Part shown: in pieces, positions 53,764 through 63,600 of the stretch
Layout of the letters: every line of letters starts with the position of its first letter
How positions within the stretch are numbered: the stretch's first letter is position 1
DNA from: Trypanosoma brucei
Lineage: Eukaryota
DNA length: 64,000 nt
Assembly (NCBI GenBank): GCA_000002445.1
Contig: CP000069.1
Coordinates: 1,344,001-1,408,000 of the forward strand
Direction of reading: 5' to 3'
Translations under genes and position numbers: made by a program
The notes under the pieces: model-generated
The model's input: only the letters and a program-made list of their open reading frames with translations
The model's database searches: none
Told to the model about the DNA's origin: nothing

Positions 53764-56700
53764 ATGCCGTTTTTGGCGTCGACGACTAAACCCCCGACAG
53801 CAGTCAGTGGTGCGGTGACAGGAAATTTCTTGGGGGATGGGGAGAAACTTGTTCTCCTTAGTCGGTTAAACATTGTTTCGCTATTCAGGGCAGATGATCA
53901 CTCTTTTGAGCACGTAGCCGATTTTAGCTTGTTCGCTTCTCTAAGATTTGTCGAGAGCCTTCCGCTTTTCGACAATAGAGGCTGTGGTCGGCATGTTGTG
54001 TTTTTCCTCTCCGTCAAGCAGGAGGTGTCAGTCGTAGCGTTCGAGCGGCGCAACAATGGGCTCATTGGTATGGTGACTCTATTCCACGGTGATGTGGAGA
54101 CGTACTTCCATCAGGGGAAGATTAACGACGCTTCTCTGTGTTGCTCCGGAGTCTATCGATCGACCACTGGTAATTTACTGCCAATTGTGATCTTCTCCAT
54201 TTACCGTGGCGGAGTGATTGGATTTGACGTTGCTGCCGCCATATCTGGTTACAGCCGAGACTCGAAGACGGCGGCCGCGGCACTCAACGCCCTTTTCCCA
54301 TCAGATTACGTACAGGGCGTGTTGAAGAAGACGAAACGACGCTCCAATTTTGCCCATGGAAATTTTGCTGCTGCCGAAATAGATGTTAGGAGTATTGCGT
54401 TAGACCACAGGGATGGTATTGATGGCGCGGTGTCTCTGCTCGTGCTCTATGCGGACTTGACCGGAAAGACACACGTCAGCGAGTACTTGGTTAACTTTTG
54501 GAGAAATGCTGATCAGCGTCGGGTACCTAAAACACAGGGCCGATCGCGGATCCCAGAGGCCTTGAATATACTTCCTGGAGGTGACATAATTCAGAGGAAA
54601 GGGCTTCTATCAACAAGTGTGGAGACAAATGCATGCCTACTGCATGTGGTTCCCGATGGTTTTTTCATTCTTGGACCACAGCTTCTGAACTTTTGCTCTT
54701 GGAAGTCATCTGGTGTTCAATCCGGCTCTTCGAAGAATGTGACGACGCTTGAGGTTCCCCGTCTTGGCGCATATGTTGAACCGGTGTGTTGTGCTACCCT
54801 TCCTGGTCAGGAGTTACTTATTTTGTTCGAAGATGGGAGTTATCTTAAGGTCTCGGTAAGGGATGATTGTGAGGGATTAAATTCAGGGAAAAGTATGTTA
54901 AGTCAATCTTCGGGGGCGCCTTTACGTACCATACCGAAGTGTGTAGCGGTTGTGGGAGAGTGCTGCGTTGTTGGTTCGCACATGGACCACACTCTCTGGA
55001 TGCGTTGGCTCACGGGTGAGAGCGGGGTTTTGGTCTACAACTGTGGGCCTGTATTTGATGTCACAGTGGCTGCGGATGGGTCTCGCACCAGTGTGATTGC
55101 GGGCACTGGTGTTGGGTTGAACGGTGGTTTGAGTTTCGTGCGCTCTGCAGTAAGCGTGCGACAAGACATACGTGTTACCGGTTTGCAGAATGTGAGGCAA
55201 ATTAGCGTCTCTGAAGATACTATTATTTTTTCACTTCCCGGATATAGCCGAGTTTGTCGCTACTGTGTGGGGGAGACGATGGTGCTGGAAGAAATCCACA
55301 ATACGTTTTTTGGGACAGAAGAGACGTTACTTCTCGAATACAACAATGAACGAAATGTTTTCCTCCAGGTGACCACTGCCGGTCTTCGGAATGTGTGGCC
55401 TGATCGTGGCGAATATGTCATTAGGGTAATTAATAATGATATTGGTCACGCCCATGCAAGCGAAGGGCTGCTTGTTTTCTCGAACCCTGCGAACTTATAC
55501 GTGTTTTGTATGAAAACACTGACTCCGGTAGCTACTCTCTGCCTTGCAGATGCGATCTCATGTCTTTTGGTTTTTTCGTCAAGCAGTCTTTTGGTCGGTA
55601 CGTGGGGTTCATGCGCCGTACATCTTTACGAGTTGCATGACGGGATGATTCAGTCGAAGGTCATTTTGCAGTGTTCTGCCACGCCGTGCTCCATGTGTGT
55701 AGTATTTCACAGCGGAGGACACCGCCTTCTTGTGGGTTTGCATAACGGTTACGTTGCTGATGTTCCTATCAGTGGTGCAAACGTGTGTGGGGAAATGGTG
55801 GAGACGATGTTAACTACACAGCCCGTGCGACTATTTAATTTAGAGAGTCATGCCGCCGTTTTGTGCCTAGGAGAGATTCCACTTATTCTTATCGTTACCA
55901 ACACCGGCTTCCAGTTAACAGGAATTGATTTCCGTGACGTTTCTGCGTGCGCAATCATGCCGAAAATGCGGTCGCCGTCCAGGTACATATTCTTCTCCAA
56001 GAGTGAGTGTGCGCTCATTTTAGGAAGCATCACTAGTGTACAGAAACTAAACACGGATTACGTTGGTTTGAAGGCGACGGCAACATGTGTCAAGTACATG
56101 CCCTGGTGGAATGTCCTCGTTTTGTCCATACGCCGAATTGAAAAAGACCAGGTAGTGTCCACGATGGGGCATGAGGTTTCGAATCTGTCAGTTTTGCTTG
56201 ATGAGCCTAACTCATTTGAGCTGCTCGAAAATGAACGGTGTGCGTTTATCGATTGTGTCGCACTTGGGCAGGCGAATGAATGGGGTTCTTGCGGTGAGGT
56301 GGCAAGTGATGCGGGTGTTGTGCTTATTGGTACGACATTTGTTTTTCCAGACGAGCAACTCTCTCGGTCGAGCAGGTTCATGTGGTGCACTGTCGAAGTA
56401 GCTAAGTTAAGAACAGAGAAAACGCTTCTGCGACTGCAAGGGAGCAAAGATGTAGAAGGGGCGCTGCAGTGTTGTTGTATCGTGCCCAACTATGCGGGTC
56501 GGGTTGCATTAGGCATAGGTGGTTGTGTGGTGCTCTACAGCTGGAATGCGGCGGATGCCACGTTTGTGGCTGAGGAGACGATTCAAATTGGAACGCTCAT
56601 AGTCCGTCTTATACCAGTGATGCAGAAGGAAGTGTCGTACATTGTCGCGTCAGACGCACGGCATAGCTGTTTTTTTGTCCGGATAGATACCATACAGGGG

Positions 56701-57576
56701 AGCCTCAACATTGTAGCCAGGGATCCTGAATTGCGCGGTGTTATGGACTGCGCCATACTCCAGTACGAATCTCGCCACGATGTGTGCCTTGGGGATGATT
56801 TATTCAATTTTTTTTGTGTCTCTCACGTTGAGCCACTTGCAAATTCCTCAGGAGTGTCAGCACCTGCGATGCCCACCAAAAAGCTTCAGACAACTGCACA
56901 GTATCACATGGGCGACTTGATAACTGTAATGCACCAGGGTAGTTTTGCCCCTTGTTCAGTTCTAAATGATGTTGTGCCTATACCTGCAACCCTCGTGCGA
57001 GGCGTGTGTGGGCCTCAAATTGTGTATGGAACCTCTCATGGGGCTTTCGGTGCAATAACGCCCATTTCCAGTGAAACATTTATCCTTCTGAAAGGACTCG
57101 AGGTTTCTGTCGCCAGCGTCGTTCCTCCGCTTGGTGGGTTCACTCATGCCTCTTTCCGCGAGGTGCTCCGCGTTGGACAGGAACGTGGCGCCAGCAGGAA
57201 CGCTTCCTTTCAGGTGACCAACCCTCAGGCCACCGAACTGTTTAATCGGCGCCGCCGCCGTTGTGTTCCGCGCGGTGTGTGCTGCGGCGATGTGGTGGAA
57301 ATGTTTCTGACGCTAAGCGGTGGGGATCAGCTGCGGGTTGTTCAGGAGGCTAACCAACATGTTAGGCGGTGGTTTGCATATGCTTGGCCGACTCTAGAAG
57401 AGTATGCCATGTCAGATTTAGACGATTTTTCGTCTAACCAGGGGGATGAGCTTGCGCCAGACCGCATTGTTGATGCCGAGATAAATTCCCTTCTATTGAG
57501 GCAGGCCCTGCCTACGCTGTCACTCACAGTTGAGGCCGTGACTGCGTTTATACAAACCATCCAAAGAATTCACTAG
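53764..57576 (+). CDS. DDB1: DDB1 orthologue: damage-specific DNA-binding protein 1 / CUL4 adaptor, of the CPSF160/SF3b130 triple beta-propeller family.
   Basis: The N-terminus TKPPTAVSGAVTGNFLGDGEKLVLLSRLNIVSLFR matches the DDB1 N-terminus [35 protein letters not shown]. The C-terminus ...AVTAFIQTIQRIH matches the DDB1 C-terminus ...VVEELTRIH. The ~1270-aa length fits the three-propeller architecture. The track ORF starts at TTG in the (TG)n tract; the first ATG is 53764. Confidence 0.6.
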   Translation: MPFLASTTKPPTAVSGAVTGNFLGDGEKLVLLSRLNIVSLFRADDHSFEHVADFSLFASLRFVESLPLFDNRGCGRHVVFFLSVKQEVSVVAFERRNNGLIGMVTLFHGDVETYFHQGKINDASLCCSGVYRSTTGNLLPIVIFSIYRGGVIGFDVAAAISGYSRDSKTAAAALNALFPSDYVQGVLKKTKRRSNFAHGNFAAAEIDVRSIALDHRDGIDGAVSLLVLYADLTGKTHVSEYLVNFWRNADQRRVPKTQGRSRIPEALNILPGGDIIQRKGLLSTSVETNACLLHVVPDGFFILGPQLLNFCSWKSSGVQSGSSKNVTTLEVPRLGAYVEPVCCATLPGQELLILFEDGSYLKVSVRDDCEGLNSGKSMLSQSSGAPLRTIPKCVAVVGECCVVGSHMDHTLWMRWLTGESGVLVYNCGPVFDVTVAADGSRTSVIAGTGVGLNGGLSFVRSAVSVRQDIRVTGLQNVRQISVSEDTIIFSLPGYSRVCRYCVGETMVLEEIHNTFFGTEETLLLEYNNERNVFLQVTTAGLRNVWPDRGEYVIRVINNDIGHAHASEGLLVFSNPANLYVFCMKTLTPVATLCLADAISCLLVFSSSSLLVGTWGSCAVHLYELHDGMIQSKVILQCSATPCSMCVVFHSGGHRLLVGLHNGYVADVPISGANVCGEMVETMLTTQPVRLFNLESHAAVLCLGEIPLILIVTNTGFQLTGIDFRDVSACAIMPKMRSPSRYIFFSKSECALILGSITSVQKLNTDYVGLKATATCVKYMPWWNVLVLSIRRIEKDQVVSTMGHEVSNLSVLLDEPNSFELLENERCAFIDCVALGQANEWGSCGEVASDAGVVLIGTTFVFPDEQLSRSSRFMWCTVEVAKLRTEKTLLRLQGSKDVEGALQCCCIVPNYAGRVALGIGGCVVLYSWNAADATFVAEETIQIGTLIVRLIPVMQKEVSYIVASDARHSCFFVRIDTIQGSLNIVARDPELRGVMDCAILQYESRHDVCLGDDLFNFFCVSHVEPLANSSGVSAPAMPTKKLQTTAQYHMGDLITVMHQGSFAPCSVLNDVVPIPATLVRGVCGPQIVYGTSHGAFGAITPISSETFILLKGLEVSVASVVPPLGGFTHASFREVLRVGQERGASRNASFQVTNPQATELFNRRRRRCVPRGVCCGDVVEMFLTLSGGDQLRVVQEANQHVRRWFAYAWPTLEEYAMSDLDDFSSNQGDELAPDRIVDAEINSLLLRQALPTLSLTVEAVTAFIQTIQRIH

Positions 57577-57848
57577 TGGAGAGTTGTTTGACATTTCGAG
57601 TGTGCAGAGAACAAAAGTCTACTCGTGTGCCGATGTGTGCGGGTGTGGGTCACAGCGGTTGGATAGGTGCGTAATATGTGCTTACATACGAGTCGCACAA
57701 ATCGGCATTTGGATTCTGTTGTTTGTTGGAAATTCCTTACACCTTACAAAATGGATGATTGAGAGTTTTGGTTTTTCTCCCCCTTGTGAAGCAAATTTCC
57801 TTCCCCTTGGCTTTACTTCTCTACTTATAGTGCAAGGCCCCTCAGTTA

Positions 57849-58172
57849 ATGAAGTACCTGGCCGCTTACGCCCTAATCAGTCTCTCCGGGAAGACACCCT
57901 CGAAGGCTGATGTGGAAGCAGTCCTGAAAGCTGCTGGTGTCCCTGTCGACTCTTCTCGCGTTGAGGAGCTTCTTTCCGAAGTTGAAGGAAAAGACTTCGA
58001 TGCCCTCTGTGCTGAGGGTAAGGCAAAACTTGTTGGAGGAGTCACCGCCGGTGGAGCAGCCCCTTCAGGTGGTGCTGCCGCTCCCGCGGCTGCTGCTAGC
58101 GCCCCTGCTGCAGCTGCTGCCGAAGCTGAGGAAGAAGACGATGACGATATGGGTTTCGGGCTCTTTGACTAG
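57849..58172 (+). CDS. RPLP2: 60S acidic ribosomal protein P2, copy 1.
   Basis: [31 protein letters not shown]...[14 protein letters not shown] is the canonical P2, with an alanine-rich hinge and the acidic [10 protein letters not shown] tail. Confidence 0.93.
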   Translation: MKYLAAYALISLSGKTPSKADVEAVLKAAGVPVDSSRVEELLSEVEGKDFDALCAEGKAKLVGGVTAGGAAPSGGAAAPAAAASAPAAAAAEAEEEDDDDMGFGLFD

Positions 58173-58448
58173 GGATGTTTTGAACATATGTGTTTCTATG
58201 TTTTGTGTTGCTACAGTGCTTCTTTTAACTCCTCCGTTCATACCGTTTTTCTTTTCTTTGCACTGACTGCCAATGCACTGTTACGGAGGTCAAGTTCTCT
58301 GTTGCCGTGGCAGTTTCACCCTTGGCCACTTGACGACGGTGCTTGACTTTCCTCCTAATTTCCCGAGGTGAGGGAGAAAAGCGGTATGAAGCAAATTTCC
58401 TTCCCTTTGGCTTTACTTCTCTACTTATAGTGCAAGGCCCCTCAGTTA

Positions 58449-58772
58449 ATGAAGTACCTGGCCGCTTACGCCCTAATCAGTCTCTCCGGGAAGACACCCT
58501 CGAAGGCTGATGTGGAAGCAGTCCTGAAAGCTGCTGGTGTCCCTGTCGACTCTTCTCGCGTTGAGGAGCTTCTTTCCGAGGTTGAAGGAAAAGACTTCGA
58601 TGCCCTCTGCGCTGAGGGTAAGGCAAAACTTGTTGGAGGAGTCACCGCCGGTGGAGCAGCCCCTTCAGGTGGTGCTGCCGCTCCCGCGGCTGCTGCTAGC
58701 GCCCCTGCTGCAGCTGCTGCCGAAGCTGAGGAAGAAGACGATGACGATATGGGTTTCGGGCTCTTTGACTAG
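58449..58772 (+). CDS. RPLP2: 60S acidic ribosomal protein P2, copy 2 (identical protein, two synonymous differences).
   Basis: Protein identical to copy 1. The nucleotide differences are GAA/GAG at 57979/58579 and TGT/TGC at 58009/58609. Confidence 0.93.
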   Translation: MKYLAAYALISLSGKTPSKADVEAVLKAAGVPVDSSRVEELLSEVEGKDFDALCAEGKAKLVGGVTAGGAAPSGGAAAPAAAASAPAAAAAEAEEEDDDDMGFGLFD

Positions 58773-58883
58773 GGATGTTTCGATGCTGACCATTTTATTT
58801 TTGTGACGGTTTTCCACGTTTGGAACGATATATATTTTTTTTACTGCAATTATGCCAAAACATTCAACCACCATGTTTGCTGT

Positions 58884-58906
58884 TGTGTGTGTGTGTGTGT
58901 GTGTGT
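58884..58906. repeat. (GT)11 microsatellite about 130 nt upstream of the next gene.
   Basis: gctgttgtgtgtgtgtgtgtgtgtgtgtatgtatg. Confidence 0.9.
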
Positions 58907-59032
58907 ATGTATGCACGCGCAGCACTTTTGAAGAGGAATGGGCTCCTGAACCTTCTTTCTTTGTCTCTGCAACTCATTTTAATATTCCAATTTCTTGTCT
59001 TATGCTTTTCTCTTTGTTGCTGACAGTTTTCC

Positions 59033-59695
59033 ATGGCGCTGCAGTTGAATAAAGACAAATATAATACAAATGAACTTAGCATGGCTTCTCTAGTTGCACT
59101 TTGCTCAGATTGCAAGAGACTTTGCGTCGAGAAGACCGGCAGAATGGTAGAGAACATGAGTCGGGCCCCACGTGGTTGGGAAGAAGAATATACGTCGGCT
59201 GCTGAGAAGCGCCGGGGGGAAGACTACGAGTTGTGCCACAGTCGCTGTCTTCGTGTAACGTCGGTTTGTCCATCACCAACAGCTCTCGAGTGGTTTGAGT
59301 CTTTGGGATACAGAAGAGTGGCGGAGATGTCCCCAACGGATGGAATTCCCACAATTCAGCAGGTGTCGAGGTGCGAATACGCCCTCACAGATTTCACCAA
59401 TGTGCTGTTTTCTCTGGCCCATAAGCCGAGCAAGGTCATGTTTGACAAAGTTAATCCCAAAACAGGGGAGAGGTTGGATAGGGAGGTGGGAGGCGAATCT
59501 TCGGATATCAAGAAGCCAGTGCTTGGGGCTGGGTCAATTGATGAGGCAATTTTGAATCGCTGGAGCTCCCCCAAACGGGGGCGTAGGGATATGGAAGACT
59601 TAGGTCTTATTCGATCCCCGCATGATTCGACCCAATTTAAGCGTGAACTGGAAAGGCAGGACATGAAGGTGGGAGGTACAACACCAAGGTGGTGA
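59033..59695 (+). CDS. Hypothetical protein of 220 aa; no domain recognised.
   Basis: An ATG-initiated ORF on the same strand as all other genes, with coding-like composition. Confidence 0.4.
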   Translation: MALQLNKDKYNTNELSMASLVALCSDCKRLCVEKTGRMVENMSRAPRGWEEEYTSAAEKRRGEDYELCHSRCLRVTSVCPSPTALEWFESLGYRRVAEMSPTDGIPTIQQVSRCEYALTDFTNVLFSLAHKPSKVMFDKVNPKTGERLDREVGGESSDIKKPVLGAGSIDEAILNRWSSPKRGRRDMEDLGLIRSPHDSTQFKRELERQDMKVGGTTPRW

Positions 59696-60692
59696 CACCG
59701 TGTTCTCTTACACTTTTCACTCATTGTTGTGTTGTCATCCCCCTTTTCAAAGAGAAAAGAATGACATACTGAATTTGTGCCCAATGCGTGGTAATGGGTA
59801 CTGAATGGAGAGTGCCTGGCGTATTGCGCCGCAGTAATTGTGGCGTTGCCGTCAGTTCCATCTGTATTTTGCCTGCAGCTGCCGAAGTTTTGTGCGACGT
59901 CATCTGTGCTTCGTCATTCACTTACTTTTATTTTTAGTCTATTCAACTATACTCTCCTGTTCCTGAGAAAACTCTTTCATTATGATACCGCTGTTATTCT
60001 CCGGATTCTGTCGGAATCTACTCTCACACATACGCGGGCGCGGAAATATGTTTACGCATATTTTATTTTCCATATCAGCTAACAGACTAACGAACTGCAT
60101 GTTTCTTGCTGATATGATGTCTTGCACATGAGAGAGGTAGTGAGTTAACTCGAAACTTTGGGCGTAAAAAGTTCGGTTTCCGTTGTCAAACATTAGTCGA
60201 TAGCACTACTAATTATACAGTGTTTGAGTGGATACCTTTCCTTTTTTTTCTATCGTTTTCACCCCTTTCCACTTTCAGAAATGACACCAAAGGTGAGTCC
60301 TTATGCGATTGCACATTCGGTGACGAACTCAATGATGTGATGGTTATCATCTGGCACTAAGAAACCAATGAAAAGTGATTTACTTGCTTGGGTGCGGCTG
60401 CACCAGTGCAAGTTGGAGTTGCATGCGTTTGCTCCGGGTACAAGAATATATGACCAGGTGCATGGCGTAAAGGGAATAGAGGCCAGCGCGTATCTTGTTT
60501 TTTTTTAAAATATCGAGTAGCGTATAACCAATTTTGTCTCGGGCCAATGAGTGTAAATTACCGTGAAGACAACAGTTGGTTACGTATACACCGCCACTGT
60601 TGCTCCTCTTCATTTAATCTACATTGTTTTTTTTTTACTTTGTTGCTACATTTTGTTACAGTAACTCGTAGGTTTATGTATGTGACTACTCC

Positions 60693-63600
60693 ATGGATTC
60701 CTCACCTGTCTATCCATATTTGCTGTTTCCGAATGCTGACGAGTTTCACGCAGCAGATAAGGTGAAATACGCAATTCGTCATGCTGTTGGACAGAGAAGT
60801 CCGAACAGGCTGCTTACACCGCGAGAGTTGCGCGAACATCATCGCCTTGTTCGATCAATTGAGGACCTTGAGCTCACGTTATTACTGAAGGACACATCAC
60901 CGATGGCGGTGGAAAGCAGTGCACCATTCGATGGAAATCATCAAAGTTCCACTGGTTCACTTTCCCATAACTCTGGCGGGTTTCCATCTTCATCCACTGC
61001 TTCTTCCGCGAAAGGGATTTGTATGACTAGCGGGATGAGCGCAGGTGCGGAAGAGGAAATTTGGGATAACGGGCGAGTCAATGCTGATCTGTGGAATTGG
61101 CCCGTGGAAGCGTTACACCAACAGTACAGCCTTTTGATTGCCATCGATTTTGGGGCTTCTTCATTCTGCGTATCTGGAAGGGGAAGGGTATTGGTTGATT
61201 ACGTACCATGTGCTGTAAAAACCGTGCTTGATGTGATCAGCACCACCCTCAAAACCCGTCGAGATGAAATGTCCCAAATCAAGCGATGGGTCCAACTTCA
61301 CGTGGAGGAGTCCGAGTGGGAAAATGTACTAGGTCAGGTGTGGGATCCGGTGGTTGATGTTACGATTATCCTCATCAACGTGCCAGTTTTCGATATTTCG
61401 CCCACAACTGCTCACGATGAAATGCGGCACTTGGAATCTGTAAAAGTATCTGGCGGAGATGACAACATTATGGACTTGTTTCCAGAAACTGCCCAGTCCT
61501 TTAATCGGTTCGAGAGGGGATTTTCCGACGAAACCATAAACAATTGCACCTGGATTCCACTAGTTACGCGATGTGCCGCTGAAGCATTGCTTCGCGACTC
61601 TACGCTCATTTCAAGGCTAGGGAGAACCTTAAGTGCTTATGAAGAGGCATGTCGTGCGCAATCATGTGGTGGTTGGCCCGATGTCAGTTTGTTTACTTCC
61701 ATTGAGCATCTTGTCCGCCTAGTGCCTGAACGATCATCACGGTGCACGAGTGTTGTTCTTCTCACTAATGCAGGTGAAGAGGCCCTATTCGACAACTACT
61801 CTCTTTTAGAGAGTTGCGTGAGGAGGAAGAACATTATACTCTCTATCTTACTTCTTAGTGAAGCCGGCTTTCTCCAAGGATCTAATATAAGTTTGCTTTC
61901 TCGGTTTCTGTTGAGTGTCGGAGGTTTCGCCGTTCATTTAGACCAATGGTTGTCTTTGGGAGCGCATTGGTTAAATGTTGAGTGGTGCCGCCGTTTCGTC
62001 GGCTCACGTTGTCTAGCGCAACAACTGTTGGTACAGCTTGAAACCAAGTTTCCCATCAACGTGCTCCACCTGCCACAAAATGTGCCGTTGACTGTGACCA
62101 GTCGACCCGATAATCACTACGTCCTGTACGATGCAAGCCACGGACTAGAGGATTTTTCACTCCCAAATACAAGTGGTGTTGTCCAGCTATTGCGCTGTAT
62201 AGCAGAAGGAAAAGTGAACGAAGGTTGGAGTGTGGTCATGAATTACTCCAGCGATGCTTCACAGGTTGCCCACCTTTACGCCCGATGGCATTGCAACATG
62301 AAGCGCGGGAGGCTGATAGTTTCGTATGAGATGGATATTAGTTACCCCGTTGTACATCGTTGTGTCTGCGTGTCTGGCACGAGGCTGTTGGTAGATCAGT
62401 TTGTGAAGGCGAAGGGGGAAGACAGAGGAGTTAGTGCTGGAGTAGGTATGGCGAGGACTAGTTGGGCAACTTCCCTGGCAGTGATGCGAAGTCAATTTGA
62501 CGGCTGGATGCGCGCTGAGGAGGTGGCGGTACAATGTCTTCGAACCACTGAGAACCCACCAGACTTTCCCATATTAGACGAACTCCGGCGGCTTTCGTCT
62601 CGTGAGGGGGTGTCCTCGTGGTGGCTCTCTTACTGCAACGTGCGTTCAATTGGCATTTTTTTTCGTTGGGATGATGAAACACTGCGCTCCCACCATTCCT
62701 ACACCACCGCCGAGAGGATCTGTGTGCCCTCCGTTACGGGAGAGGCCATTCATGTTTTGCGAGCTGCGTTGAAGAAAAACCACCGTCTTTTGGGTGGAAG
62801 CGAGGGCAGTGATATATATATCTTTGGGAGTGACAAGGGAGACGTCCAGTACGTTGTACAGACGTTGCTATTGGATGAGCCAACCGCAAGTGAACGTGGG
62901 AGTTTGCTTGCCGTGGGATTTGAGCTGCGGTTCAGTTTTTTTCTGCGCGATGCTGAAGGTGTAGAAAGAACACTTGCGAAAGTTGCGGGGGATGTGAAGG
63001 CATGCTTGTCGTCTTCTAAGAGGGGTGATTCCCGCATTAGCGGTAGGCAAACACTTGTGGTAGAAGTGGAGGCCGACGAGAGAAACCGGCGGGAGGTTCA
63101 TTTTTATAATTCGGTAGTCTCGTGTCAGAGGTTTGAGCAACTTTGTGAATTCCACGGTTCAAGTGCTTCCTGTTCGGCCCTCTCGGATAGGGTAGCTTCA
63201 CGGAGGAGCCATGTGAATGAACTTAGGTCATCTTCTGGTTTGGTAGGGAAAGTAAAGGCGACGAGGACAGCACATAAGTTTGTCTATCAGGCCTCTTTGT
63301 CGCCGTACATTGTGAGCCCGTGGGTGCTTGCAGATGCCCTCGTGCTCCACTGGGTGGTTGAGACTGCGGGAGCGTGGGGAACGTTTGCGAACGCATCATT
63401 CAATCTCTTTGTGATGCGACGCATACGAGATGGGTTTCGGTTACTTTATTGCATGGCACAGTACAAGGCTGTTTTGCATGTCACACGCGCTTACGATGAG
63501 CACGACCCTGTCGATGTTTTTGATGTCGTCGTTGCTCCTCCAGGTACTGCCGACGGCCGCCGCGGTTCACAGATAATATTGTACCGGGTTGTCCGACCTT

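Larger units (their letters stand above)
57789..58781 (+). repeat. Tandem duplication of a ~393-bp segment (57789-58181 and 58389-58781) covering ~60 nt of 5' flank plus the P2 CDS. The two copies are separated by ~207 bp of unique sequence and have different 3' flanks.
   Basis: Identity starts at gaagcaaatttccttcc and ends at tagggatgttt in both copies. Confidence 0.85.

Noticed and set aside
57937-58266. 109-aa and 89-aa alternative-frame ORFs overlapping both P2 genes ([30 protein letters not shown]...).
   Set aside because: They are out-of-frame readings of the highly GC- and Ala-codon-rich P2 coding sequence. P2 itself is unambiguous.
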